Below, one piece after another: positions 48,201 through 56,860 of a stretch of 64,000 nt of DNA (its first letter is position 1; every line of letters starts with the position of its first letter). Position numbers and translations under genes: made by a program. The notes beneath the pieces were generated by a model, which made no database searches, was not told where the DNA came from, and saw nothing but the letters and a program-made list of their open reading frames with translations. The stretch is from NCBI GenBank assembly GCA_050486505.1, contig JBJHDK010000003.1, positions 8,287-72,286 of the forward strand. Reading direction: 5' to 3'. This DNA is from Fibrobacteria bacterium. GTDB taxonomy: Bacteria; Fibrobacterota; Fibrobacteria; UBA11236.

Positions 48201-48757
48201 GTGTCGAAGCCTGCCTCCTCGGCCTCGAGCTGGGCGATGCCCTCGATCCACCAGTTGGGAGCGGCGACGGGGATCCACGGCAACGTCAGCCCGTAGTTGA
48301 TGCGGCGGTTGAAGGTGTAGCCGCCGAGCATGGCGTGGCTGAAGGGAGTGAGACGGGCCTTCTGGCGCAGACTGAAGACGTGCGCGAGCTCGTGGACGAC
48401 GACGTTGCCCAGCCAGTTGCGCCGCCCGCGCATCACCCAGTTCATGTGGGGCAGGTAGATCTCCACGCGGGAGAAGGGGTAAATGGCGCTTCCGTTCGCC
48501 ACGTCGCCGCGGTCGGAGAGAAAGATGTCGATGATCTGGTAGTCGCCGTAAGCGTCGTAGGCGCGGGCGAGGGTCGGCCAGACCGCCTCCGAAATGCGAA
48601 GGATTTCACCGGCGACCTGTTCGTGCTCCTTGGCGAAATAAATGCGGTAGTGCTGGCTTTGCAGCATCTGGGCATTTTGCGCGAAGGCTCCCGTGGAGAG
48701 CAGGATGAGCAGTGCGATCCACGGGGTTCCGGGGCGAAAGAAAGGACGGAAAGTCAT
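45254..48757 (-). CDS. Large secreted protein (1167 aa): N-terminal zincin-like HExxH domain, then a TolB-like beta-propeller, then a C-terminal putative outer-membrane beta-barrel
   Basis: Signal peptide. VVVHELAHVF. Propeller-like repeats (WLGNDDRRF, YSDIWEY, SIYFVLG). Barrel-like C-terminus ending ...FFVGFTLGGF. Confidence 0.7.
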   Translation of the reverse strand: MTFRPFFRPGTPWIALLILLSTGAFAQNAQMLQSQHYRIYFAKEHEQVAGEILRISEAVWPTLARAYDAYGDYQIIDIFLSDRGDVANGSAIYPFSRVEIYLPHMNWVMRGRRNWLGNVVVHELAHVFSLRQKARLTPFSHAMLGGYTFNRRINYGLTLPWIPVAAPNWWIEGIAQLEAEEAGFDTWDSQRDMIVRDAWLTGTLPTLGEIETFDGDWVQAERVYNTGYAFLRWLRDRDGIDAVRELAFPKPLFHFGRAVEEAFGRPLSALYAEWTHYLAETYGDFEQLPEDVPADADMKGSYVQSLAFSRDGRYMAWLGNDDRRFPLNWIHWKEVGGPEEGRSAEPVTDYPAEGGDSPPRSAPGLASPAPDFRFPAGAHPALRPRFSLPEPAVAHDPLHLPGGRSREFGSAGLEFNHDGTRLLTTRNAWGSPYSDIWEYAFRARVPEREKWRRLTWHERASDAAYHPTESGTIVYARFERGSSNVAVMDASGRIRQLTRFTNGEQVYTPRYNPAADSIYFVLGRHGREAIAAVAADVPAWDPFAALEDSATFPDSLHVAAGHSVRLVTPLEEASYRDLRFTGDTLLFSTDGRDGVYNAFALPPGDTLYRMTRNRTQALEPQLHAGQLYYQGYRNQRFGIFRGPAELTPEAPWQGTADTLAPLHPKRLEYSKAAQSREPRVKKVAWNLAPYLSVSPQFLDDTTFADLNVDIGLQVALGPVSGGLSQFFGGYMSKKVDASTQLDYGLSYGGQWSGVTAWHHRYGWTPNLFYVASRDVRHQAFGFTLRDTVTDGVDLYDASIRVDDRIKYTYDVLQGETMLPLNGLRLGGGFLGTWWQARYWNQNVVFDESVTERYRNQSTGQELVFPYSYRVLETSLHRHLFQRATLQWYRPAFGTALPQYFGFQASLAQWWTRYADEPIPTDSIPGGFAQALWQDRPVPAFQYTKADFAPWQMDFGGFGAWSHGERVTLSLQHQTGFFTHKFPVVRDSIAVSQASRTEAASLHPNLWVMPYRLAFFMPGYPYSFQYRGRDILQGTAMTWTRVQADFPLKVRSYLEPPSPFSSLNKLQLSLIGNAGTVLNRTPDNLPGALSRGEHYLLMDYGARVSATFMFYHRIPMDLYAMVFKPWNQLREENVYLQEWAGRGYATPGDYLENVRQARFFVGFTLGGF

Positions 48758-48888
48758 ATGGCCGCCAATTTAGCGCAAAATCGTCGAGAGGCCGGCGAAA
48801 ATAAACGTGACGGACATTATCCTTTGTGAATCCCACGCTGGCCGGACAGGGTAAATTTTCCCCGATCACCTTCGTCCGGGAGCCCGAC

Positions 48889-50277
48889 ATGCATCAGATT
48901 CTCCGCCTCAGCGTGCTGCTTTCCCTGTGCCTGGCCGTTGCCGTCGAGGCGCGCTTGCGGGGCCAGCTCGAACTGTTTTTCGACTTCGCTCCCCAGGACT
49001 CGGTCGTGCGCCTTGAACAGCCCGCCGCGGGGCAATTGCGCGTCGAGGTCGTCGACACCGAATCCGGAGAGCGCCGCGTGCTCACGGAGCGGGTCGCGGC
49101 GGGCGCGGCGGAGCGGCTGCGGGAGCAGGCGCTCGAGCAGGGCGTCTCCGTGGGAACATGGGTTGCAGGACGCGTCGACGCGACGACGGTGGATGGGGAC
49201 GGGCGCAGGGAGGATTACCTGTCGGGCCCGCGCGAGCTCAGGCGCAACCGCCTCAACTATGTCATCACCCAGACGGTCTACAGCATGTACGTCTACTCGA
49301 TCGCCGTTCCCGTGGCATTTGATGCTCCCGACAAGGCTGCGGCCGCCCAGCTTCTCAGCATTCCGGTGGGTTTCGGCACCCACTTTTATCTCTCCCGCGA
49401 CAAGGAATTCCACGACGCCCACGTGTGGTCCACCGCGTACTTCGCCGGCAGCGGGATCGCCCTCTCCTACGCGATTCCGTTCGCGCTTCTGGGCTTCAAC
49501 GAAACCGCCTTCAGGACGGGAAGCTTAGCCGCCATGGCCGGGTATCCCGTCGGCCTGTGGATGGGGTACACCCACGGAGACCAACTCGTGGATAACCCGG
49601 GTCGCGTGAGATTGCAGTCGACGATGGCCGTGACCGCCGCCGCGATGGGGTTCCTGACGGGGATGACCTGGACTCCCGAAAACGGCGGTGACATCTACGG
49701 ACGGGTAATGGTCGCCCAGGCCGCCGCCGCAGGTGTGGCGGGCCATTACCTCTCCTACTCCTACAGGGCGCACGAGGCGGTTCCCGCGGGGGTGGGCACC
49801 GGTGTCGGCACGCACGCGATTCTGGGGTTCCTGGGGGGTGCCACGCTGGCGGTTTGGGCCGATCTTGATGATGTCCGCCCCGCCGCGGCCCTCATGCTGG
49901 CCGGCACGGGCGCGGGTCTCGCAGAGGGCTTGTATTTCTTCCGGAACCGGTACGATTCCTTCGAGAAGGCGCGTTATGACCGCTGGGGTGCGATCGGTGG
50001 CGCTGTCATCCCCCTGGGATTGGCCGCGCTGTTCGGAGGGGAACCTGATCCGAAGCTGTTGATGGGGCTCACCACCGCGGGAGCCGTGGGCGGTTACGCC
50101 ATCACCTACAGCCTGACGAGCCATTTGCAGGAGTCCCCCCGCGATGTGCGGCACAAGGGGCACCCCGGTTTTTCGTTCGATCTGATGCCGGTCCCCGAGA
50201 TGTATGCCTACGAAACACCCGAGGGTCGCGAGGTTGCCATGCGATTGCGCGTCCCCGGCGCGACCTTGCGGTTTTGA
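48889..50277 (+). CDS. Hypothetical polytopic membrane protein (Gly/Ala-rich TM bundle)
   Basis: Signal/TM at the N-terminus and many hydrophobic helices. No motifs recognized. Confidence 0.55.
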   Translation: MHQILRLSVLLSLCLAVAVEARLRGQLELFFDFAPQDSVVRLEQPAAGQLRVEVVDTESGERRVLTERVAAGAAERLREQALEQGVSVGTWVAGRVDATTVDGDGRREDYLSGPRELRRNRLNYVITQTVYSMYVYSIAVPVAFDAPDKAAAAQLLSIPVGFGTHFYLSRDKEFHDAHVWSTAYFAGSGIALSYAIPFALLGFNETAFRTGSLAAMAGYPVGLWMGYTHGDQLVDNPGRVRLQSTMAVTAAAMGFLTGMTWTPENGGDIYGRVMVAQAAAAGVAGHYLSYSYRAHEAVPAGVGTGVGTHAILGFLGGATLAVWADLDDVRPAAALMLAGTGAGLAEGLYFFRNRYDSFEKARYDRWGAIGGAVIPLGLAALFGGEPDPKLLMGLTTAGAVGGYAITYSLTSHLQESPRDVRHKGHPGFSFDLMPVPEMYAYETPEGREVAMRLRVPGATLRF

Positions 50278-50289
50278 TTCCGCAACGAA

Positions 50290-51195
50290 TCAGTCGCCGG
50301 GGTTGAGTCCCAGCAAGGCGATTCCCGCGACTGCGGCGGCGGCCCCGATCAGGGTGCGTGGCTCGAAGCGTGTGCCGTAGTGCCAGGCGCCCAAGGGCAT
50401 CACGATCAGTGGCGTCATGAACGTGATCGTCGCGACCACGCCGGCGGGCTGGTATTTCATCGCGGCGACATAAAGACTCATGCCGCCGACGGGACCGACG
50501 AGGGTTCCCAGCAGCATGCGCTTGCGTATCCACGGGTCGCGCAAGGTCGCGAAGCTTCGGGGAACGAGCCCGCGTGCGCCGGCGATGGCGAAGATGAGCG
50601 CGGCGGCAGCTCCCACCCGGACAACGGTTGCATCGAGCGGAGAGAGGTCGGGCGCGCGCAGGAAAGCCTCGCGCGCCAGTACGGTGCCCAGCCCGAGGCA
50701 CATCGCCGCGATGACGCCGTTCGACGCGCCGCTCCATGCGCTCGTGTTACCGCCCGCCGGCCGCCATGTCGCGGCTACCAGTCCCGACAGGATGAGGGCC
50801 ATGCCGCCGATCTGCACGAGCGAGAGGATCTCACGCAACCAGAACCATGCGATGACGGCGGTGGCCGCAGGTGCCAGCGAGATCAGCAGGGAGGTACGTT
50901 CGGGTCCGATGTGGTAGAACGAGCGGTACAGATAGTAGTCGCCCAGTCCGAGGCCGACCCAACCCGACAAGGCGAGAAGCAGGACGGCGTCCGCGCCGGG
51001 GAGGCCGCTGTATCCCGAGGCGAGCCGCTGCGCGACACAGAGCGCCAGCAGGAGGGGCATCGCCAGCTGCAGGCGCAGGAGGTTCGTGGCGAACGGGCCG
51101 ATGCGCCGTCCGGTGGCCGTGAAGAAAAACGGCGACAGCGACCACAGGCTGAGGGCGCCGAGAGCGAGGAAAAGGCCGAAGGTGCTGTTCGACAT
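50290..51195 (-). CDS. DMT-superfamily (EamA-like) transporter
   Basis: Ten TM segments in two EamA-like halves. Confidence 0.75.
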   Translation of the reverse strand: MSNSTFGLFLALGALSLWSLSPFFFTATGRRIGPFATNLLRLQLAMPLLLALCVAQRLASGYSGLPGADAVLLLALSGWVGLGLGDYYLYRSFYHIGPERTSLLISLAPAATAVIAWFWLREILSLVQIGGMALILSGLVAATWRPAGGNTSAWSGASNGVIAAMCLGLGTVLAREAFLRAPDLSPLDATVVRVGAAAALIFAIAGARGLVPRSFATLRDPWIRKRMLLGTLVGPVGGMSLYVAAMKYQPAGVVATITFMTPLIVMPLGAWHYGTRFEPRTLIGAAAAVAGIALLGLNPGD

Positions 51196-51218
51196 CAGGG
51201 GTTACCGCGGCGGCGGTC

Positions 51219-51306
51219 AATGGACCCGGTGGACCCGATGGACAGCATGGACTTTATGGACAGAAAATGGATGACCGCCTTGTCCATAAAGTCCATGCTG
51301 TCCATC
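51219..51306. repeat. Perfect 26-bp inverted repeat (GATGGACAGCATGGACTTTATGGACA / TGTCCATAAAGTCCATGCTGTCCATC) embedded in a run of 9-bp ATGGAC-type direct repeats
   Basis: Arms at 51237..51262 and 51281..51306 with an 18-nt spacer. The right arm abuts or overlaps the htpG stop codon. The ATGGAC motif recurs about 7 times with a 9-10 nt period. Confidence 0.6.
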
Positions 51307-53191
51307 AATTTTCGCCGCCGCCCAGCGCTTCCTTCAACAGCCCGTTCACCTTGGCGACGTAGCCTGCCGGGTCGCGGGGTTCCGAGCCCTCGGCGAGCAG
51401 GGCCTGGTCGACGAGCACCGCGTACCAGTCCGTCAGCTTCGCATCCTGCGGGTCGGCTTCGAAGCGGGCTTTCAGACGGGCGATGATGGGATGCTCCGGG
51501 TTGATTTCGAGGATGCGCTTGCTTTCGGGAACCTTCTGGTTCGACATCTTCAGGATGCGCTCCAGGTTCGCCCCGAGCTCGTCCTCGCCCGACACCAGGC
51601 AACAGGGGCTCTCGTCGAGCCGCGAGGTGACCCGTACTTCCTTGAGCGTTTCGCCCATCTTCGCCGCGAAGTCTTCCGTAAACGTCGCGTAGTCGCCCTT
51701 GGCCTTCTCTTCGCGTTCCTTCTCCTCCTTCGTCAGTTCGCCGAGATCAAGCGCGCCCTTGGCCGCGTGCACGAGTTTTTTACCGTCGAAGTCGGGCAGG
51801 GCCTGCACCACCCATTCGTCGATCGGGTCGACGAGGTACAGCACCTCCACGCCCTTCTTGCGGAACACTTCGAGGTGCGGGCTGCCCTCGGCCGCTTTGC
51901 GGCTCTCGGCGGTGAGGTAATAGATGTCCTTCTGCCCGTCCTTCATGTTCACCACATAATCCTGCAGGCCGGTCAGCTCGCCCGCCGCGAGTCGGCCCGA
52001 CTCGAAGCGCAGCAGGCGCGTCAACGCATCGAGGTGTTCCCAGTTCATGTGGAACCCCTCCTTCAGCACCGAGCCGAACTCCTTCCAGAACGCCTTGTAT
52101 TTCTCCGGTTCGTCCTTCGCCAATGTCTCGAGAAGGTTCAGCGACTTGGTCACCGCCGATTCCTGGATCTTGCGCACCACGGCATTCTTTTGCAGGATCT
52201 CGCGCGACACATTGAGCGGCAGATCCTCGGAGTCCACCACGCCGCGCATGAAGCGCAGCCACGACGGCAGCAGTTCCTTGCAGTCATTCATGATGAACAC
52301 CCGCTTCACGTAGAGCGAAAGCCCGTGCGGGCGGTCGGGGTAGAAAAGGTCATGGGGGGCCTTGGAGGGCACGTACAGCAGCGTGGTGAACTCGAGCGTG
52401 CCCTCGACCTTGTTGTGGGACCAAGCCAGGGGAGCTTCCGTGTCGTGGGACAGGTGCTTGTAGAATTCCGCGTGCTGCTCCGCAGACACCTCGCCCTTGG
52501 GGCGGCGCCACAACGGGGCGCGGTCGTTGAGGATCTCTTCCTCGCCCTTGTCGTTCACAAGGGCGATGGGGTGGGTGACATACTCGCTGTACTTCTTCAC
52601 GATCGACCGCACGCGCCAGTCCTCGAGGAACTCCTTCGCGTCGTCCTTGAGGTGCAGCTCGATCACCGTGCCGCGCTTCTCCTTCTCGGTCTCTCCCAGC
52701 GTGAACGTCCCGTCGCCGGTGGATTCCCAGCGCAGGGCCGGGCCGTCTTCCCCGAGGCGTCGCGTCTCCAGGGAGACCCGGTCGGCCACCATGAACGCGG
52801 AATAGAACCCCACGCCGAATTGGCCGATGAGATTGGCGTCTTTCTTCTGGTCTCCGGTGAGCGATTCCAGGAACTTCTTCGTTCCCGAGTTGGCGATGGT
52901 GCCGATGTTGCGGATCACTTCCTCGCGGTTCATGCCGATGCCGTTGTCGATGATGCGCAGGACGCCTTGATCCTTGTCCGCCTCGAGGCGGATCTTGAAG
53001 GCGGAGTCGGCCCCCAACAGTTCCGTGTTCGTCAGCGACTCGAAGCGGGCCTTGTCGATGGCGTCCGAGGCGTTGGACACGAGCTCGCGCAGAAAGATTT
53101 CGCGGTTCGAGTAGAGGGAATGGATCATGAGGTGCAGCAGCTGCCGGACCTCGGTCTGGAACTCCATTTTTTCGGGTGCTTGCGTTGTCAT
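51305..53191 (-). CDS. htpG: Molecular chaperone HtpG (Hsp90)
   Basis: GHKL ATPase N-terminus (LVSNASDAIDKAR, GQFGVGFYS). Length 628 aa. Confidence 0.9.
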   Translation of the reverse strand: MTTQAPEKMEFQTEVRQLLHLMIHSLYSNREIFLRELVSNASDAIDKARFESLTNTELLGADSAFKIRLEADKDQGVLRIIDNGIGMNREEVIRNIGTIANSGTKKFLESLTGDQKKDANLIGQFGVGFYSAFMVADRVSLETRRLGEDGPALRWESTGDGTFTLGETEKEKRGTVIELHLKDDAKEFLEDWRVRSIVKKYSEYVTHPIALVNDKGEEEILNDRAPLWRRPKGEVSAEQHAEFYKHLSHDTEAPLAWSHNKVEGTLEFTTLLYVPSKAPHDLFYPDRPHGLSLYVKRVFIMNDCKELLPSWLRFMRGVVDSEDLPLNVSREILQKNAVVRKIQESAVTKSLNLLETLAKDEPEKYKAFWKEFGSVLKEGFHMNWEHLDALTRLLRFESGRLAAGELTGLQDYVVNMKDGQKDIYYLTAESRKAAEGSPHLEVFRKKGVEVLYLVDPIDEWVVQALPDFDGKKLVHAAKGALDLGELTKEEKEREEKAKGDYATFTEDFAAKMGETLKEVRVTSRLDESPCCLVSGEDELGANLERILKMSNQKVPESKRILEINPEHPIIARLKARFEADPQDAKLTDWYAVLVDQALLAEGSEPRDPAGYVAKVNGLLKEALGGGEN

Positions 53192-53288
53192 GCGTTCTCT
53201 CCAACGTTGAAAATCAGGGAATTCGGGACGTGGAAATTTAGCAGTTTCCCCGCCGTTTCCTAAGTTTCATCCACACAAGGAGGGTCGT

Positions 53289-53975
53289 GTGGACGCCAAG
53301 GAACGCGCAGGAATCTGGGCCGCCTCGCAGGTCGAGAACGGGATGGCGGTGGGGCTGGGAACCGGGTCCACCGCGGACTTTTTCATCAGGGAGCTGGCCC
53401 GCCGCGTCCGCGAGGAGGGGCTCAAGCCCCGGACGGTCGCTTCCAGCTCGAATGCGTCCACCGACCTTGCCGCGGGCCTCGGTCTCCCCGTGATTCCCCT
53501 CGGCGCGGCGGCCGACCTGGATCTCTACGCCGACGGGGCCGATGAATGGGATCCTGCGAAGCGCCTGCTCAAGGGGCGGGGCGGGGCCATGGTGCGGGAA
53601 AAGCACCTCGCGCACATGTCGGCGCGCTTCCTCGTGCTCGTTGACCCCTCGAAGCGCGTGGAGCGTCTCGGAAGCCGGTTCGCGATTCCGGTCGAAGTGC
53701 TGCCCTTCGCCGCGGAGCTGGTGCGCCGGGAGCTCGAGTCTCTGGGCGCCCACGAGGTGGTTTTGCGCCCGGCCCTCAACGGAGGAGTCCCCTGGATCAC
53801 CGATCAGGAGAACCACATCCTCGACGCCCGCTTCGATCCGACCGGCGATGTCGCCGGGCTCGACGGCCCGTTGGCGGCGATTCCCGGAGTGGTCGGCCAC
53901 GGACTTTTCACCCGCTACGCGGCCCGTTCGACCATTGTGGTGGGACACCCCGATCGTGTGGAGGTGATTCCATGA
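53289..53975 (+). CDS. rpiA: Ribose-5-phosphate isomerase A
   Basis: GLGTGSTA and DGADE motifs. GTG start. Confidence 0.85.
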   Translation: MDAKERAGIWAASQVENGMAVGLGTGSTADFFIRELARRVREEGLKPRTVASSSNASTDLAAGLGLPVIPLGAAADLDLYADGADEWDPAKRLLKGRGGAMVREKHLAHMSARFLVLVDPSKRVERLGSRFAIPVEVLPFAAELVRRELESLGAHEVVLRPALNGGVPWITDQENHILDARFDPTGDVAGLDGPLAAIPGVVGHGLFTRYAARSTIVVGHPDRVEVIP

Positions 53976-54598
53976 GAGGTCTTCCCGTCGATCGTCGCGA
54001 ACTTCCGCAGTGGCTTCTGAAGACCTTCCTCAAGGGGCTGCTTCTCGTTGTCCCGCTGACGGTGACGCTGGCCGTGTTCTGGTTCGTCTTCGTCAAGATC
54101 GATGGACTCCTGGGGTTCTCCATCCCGGGCCTGGGGTTCATCCTCACCATCCTTATCATCATCGGCGTCGGCGCGCTGGGTTCGACGCTGCTCGTCAACC
54201 GCATCGTAATCGACATCGAGAAGGCCGTGGGGCGCGTGCCCATGGCGAAGCTCATTTACTTCTCCCTCAAGGATTTCGTCGGCGCCTTCGTCGGCGAAAA
54301 GAAGCGCTTCAATCGGCCTGCCATGGTGTCGATCGCGGGCACGGGTGGCGAGGTCAAGATCCTCGGTTTCGTGACCGCCGACGGACTCGACATTCCCGGC
54401 ATGGAAAACTCGGTGGCGGTCTACCTGCCGCAGTCCTACAACTTCGCGGGCAACCTCATCCTCGTTCCTCGCGAGCGGGTGACCTTGCTACCGCAGGGAG
54501 AGAGCTCGCGCTGGCTGACCTTCATCGTCTCGGGCGGCGTGTCGGGAGGCTCGGATCTGACGGGGAATCCGGTGGAGACGCAAGTGCCCCCGAAGTGA
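53972..54598 (+). CDS. DUF502-family membrane protein
   Basis: Two N-terminal TM helices plus a conserved cytoplasmic domain. ATGA overlap with rpiA. Confidence 0.65.
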   Translation: MRGLPVDRRELPQWLLKTFLKGLLLVVPLTVTLAVFWFVFVKIDGLLGFSIPGLGFILTILIIIGVGALGSTLLVNRIVIDIEKAVGRVPMAKLIYFSLKDFVGAFVGEKKRFNRPAMVSIAGTGGEVKILGFVTADGLDIPGMENSVAVYLPQSYNFAGNLILVPRERVTLLPQGESSRWLTFIVSGGVSGGSDLTGNPVETQVPPK

Positions 54599-54606
54599 AG
54601 AGAGGA

Positions 54607-54783
54607 CAATGGGGCAATAGAACAATAGAGCAATGCAACAATAGTACGCAGCTCTACATGGTCACTCCTGTGCGCGGTCTGTGGTACCCGTCTTCGGCTG
54701 CGACTTTGTTGTTTCGCTCTTCCGCCTTTCCGTAGCCTTGTCGCTCTATTGTTCTATTGCCTCATTGTTGCATTGTTCTATTG
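54607..54783. repeat. MITE-like inverted-repeat element. Arms of about 40 bp are built from tandem 8-mers CAATAGAA/CAATGCAA, separated by a 97-bp spacer
   Basis: Left caatggggcaatagaacaatagagcaatgcaacaatag. Right ctctattgttctattgcctcattgttgcattgttctattg. Same architecture as the element at 10748. Lies between convergent genes. Confidence 0.55.
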
Positions 54784-54797
54784 AAAAACTCCTCCTC

Positions 54798-55718
54798 CTA
54801 CCTCAACCCTTCCTCCAGCTTCCGGTCCATGTGCGAATCGTCCACGGGATCGAGGTGGATGTTGATCGACCAACGACCTTTCTCGAGGCCGCGGATGCGC
54901 ATCTCGATCTCGTCGGCTACGCGGTGGGCTTTGCCCAGGGGCATGTGTTCGTTGAAGACAAGATGGAATTCCACGAAATTCACTTCGCCGGAACGACGGG
55001 TCTTGAGCTCGTGCATGCCGTTCACCAAAGGTGAATGTGTCATGGCGATTTCCTCGATTTTTTCCACCAAGCCATCGTGGAGGGCACGATCCATGAGCAT
55101 GTCGTAAGCCTTGCGTAGCAGGGGAATCGCCTCGCGCATGATGTAGAGGCCCACGAAGATCGCGAGAAGTGGGTCGGCCAGTTCCCACCCACTGGCCAGG
55201 ATAATCAGCATTCCGAGGAGTACGCCGGCGTTCGCCCAAACGTCCATCCGGTAATGGAGAGCGTCGGCCTCGAGCACCAGGCTGCGCGACTTTCGCGAGG
55301 CGGCGCGCAGGTAGAGCACCAGAGCGGCTGAAACGAGCATCGAGACGACCATCGCCCCCACGGCGAGATTGAGACCCGAGGAATCGAGCGGGACCGGCTC
55401 CACGATCTTGCCGATCGCCTTGTACAGGATGAAACCCGCCGAACCGAGGATCAGAACGCTTTCGAACAGGGCGGCGATCCCTTCGAGTTTGCCGTGACCG
55501 TAGTTGTGCTCCGCGTCTCTGGGCTTGTCGGCGACCCGCACCGTGATCGCGTTGAACAGGGAAATGATGAAGTCCAGGAATGAGTCCACCGCCGAAGCCA
55601 GAACCGCAATCGACCCCGAGAGGATTCCTACGATGGTCTTGAGGACAGCAAGTGAAAACGAGGTGGCGGTGGTAACCAGCGTCGCGCGACGGGGGACGGA
55701 AGATTTCGGCGGGGTCAT
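54798..55718 (-). CDS. czcD: Cation diffusion facilitator family transporter
   Basis: CDF TM domain with HxxxD motifs and a C-terminal cytoplasmic domain. Confidence 0.85.
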   Translation of the reverse strand: MTPPKSSVPRRATLVTTATSFSLAVLKTIVGILSGSIAVLASAVDSFLDFIISLFNAITVRVADKPRDAEHNYGHGKLEGIAALFESVLILGSAGFILYKAIGKIVEPVPLDSSGLNLAVGAMVVSMLVSAALVLYLRAASRKSRSLVLEADALHYRMDVWANAGVLLGMLIILASGWELADPLLAIFVGLYIMREAIPLLRKAYDMLMDRALHDGLVEKIEEIAMTHSPLVNGMHELKTRRSGEVNFVEFHLVFNEHMPLGKAHRVADEIEMRIRGLEKGRWSINIHLDPVDDSHMDRKLEEGLR

Positions 55719-55933
55719 GACGGCGCAAAATTAGTTCCGGCATCGACACGTGTTTCGTTATCGAAAATGCCGTTTTTTCAGGGCTGGTGCTACGAACCAC
55801 CCCTTCTTTAAGGAGATTCTGTTATGAATTGGGCGATATTGTCAGACAAACGGCTTGCGTTTTTATGCAAAACGAAATAGGTTGGCAGTACCCCGCGGTT
55901 TGCGGGAACCATTTCAAATAGAGGGAGTTAAGC

Positions 55934-56794
55934 ATGAAGACAAAGGTCACCCTGGCATGTCTTGCTTTGGTTGGTGCGGGTTTCGCAGCGGATATGCGCA
56001 TGCCTGTTGCGCCCGGTGTCGTGGAGTTGAGCGCCGGAATTTCGCTGGATCGGGTTACGGGAGCTTATGATGCCTCGGGCTCGTTGAACGAGGACGCTGT
56101 CGGCGCGGGCTCGCCGATCGTCTACGGTCTTCCCTTGCGTGCCGAGTACGGGGTCATGCCCGGGCTCAGCATCGCCCTGACCTTGCCGGTCATCATTGAG
56201 GAATCCTCGGTGACCCCCACCGTGTCGGGAGGTCGCACGGGCATCGAGCGCCCCGAACTCATGGTCAAGTACGCGGTGCCCGATCTTGGTGTCGCCGGTT
56301 TTCTGAACATTTACGTTCCGTTCGGTCTGGGTGACAATGCCGAATTGCCGGCGACCATGCGCCTGGACAGGCGGACGACCGAGGCGGGTGACCCGGGTGC
56401 GGCGATTGCCATCGGTGCGGTCTACAGCAACACATTCGCCGGAAACTATAGGGTTTCGGGGTTGGCGGCTTACCAGTACAGCGTCCCCTATACCGACGGT
56501 GATGCCAAGAACAGCGACGTGATCACCGTTGCCGTGAAGCCGGAATATCGCTGGGATGCGCAGGTCGGCACCTATCTCGGCATCCGCTACAACCATGTCC
56601 TGGAATCCAAGGACAGTGATGGCAACGCCATTCCGAACATCGAGGGCTATCGCCTTACGATCGCTCCCGGCTTCAACCTGGTCCAGAACGAGCGAATTGC
56701 CTACGATGTGGCAATCCCCGTTACGGTTGCCGGTGAGAACCAGTATGCTTCATGGGGGTTGCATGGAACCGTGCGGGTAACCTTGCCGCTTTGA
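55934..56794 (+). CDS. Secreted putative outer-membrane beta-barrel protein, hypothetical
   Basis: Signal peptide with alternating amphipathic beta-strand pattern. C-terminus VRVTLPL. Confidence 0.55.
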   Translation: MKTKVTLACLALVGAGFAADMRMPVAPGVVELSAGISLDRVTGAYDASGSLNEDAVGAGSPIVYGLPLRAEYGVMPGLSIALTLPVIIEESSVTPTVSGGRTGIERPELMVKYAVPDLGVAGFLNIYVPFGLGDNAELPATMRLDRRTTEAGDPGAAIAIGAVYSNTFAGNYRVSGLAAYQYSVPYTDGDAKNSDVITVAVKPEYRWDAQVGTYLGIRYNHVLESKDSDGNAIPNIEGYRLTIAPGFNLVQNERIAYDVAIPVTVAGENQYASWGLHGTVRVTLPL

Positions 56795-56817
56795 ATCGAG
56801 AGACACCCAAAAGGAAA

Positions 56818-56845
56818 AGCCCGGGAAACTCCCGGGCTTTTTTTG
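56818..56845 (+). terminator. Rho-independent terminator (AGCCCGGGA-aac-TCCCGGGCT followed by T7)
   Basis: Perfect hairpin plus T-tract. Confidence 0.65.
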
Positions 56846-56860
56846 TCGTGCGATTCTCCC

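Noticed and set aside
53192-53288. Sigma-32-type heat-shock promoter upstream of htpG.
   Set aside because: No CTTGAAA-N13-15-CCCCATnT match. Only a weak GGAAA...TTTCC inverted repeat was seen.
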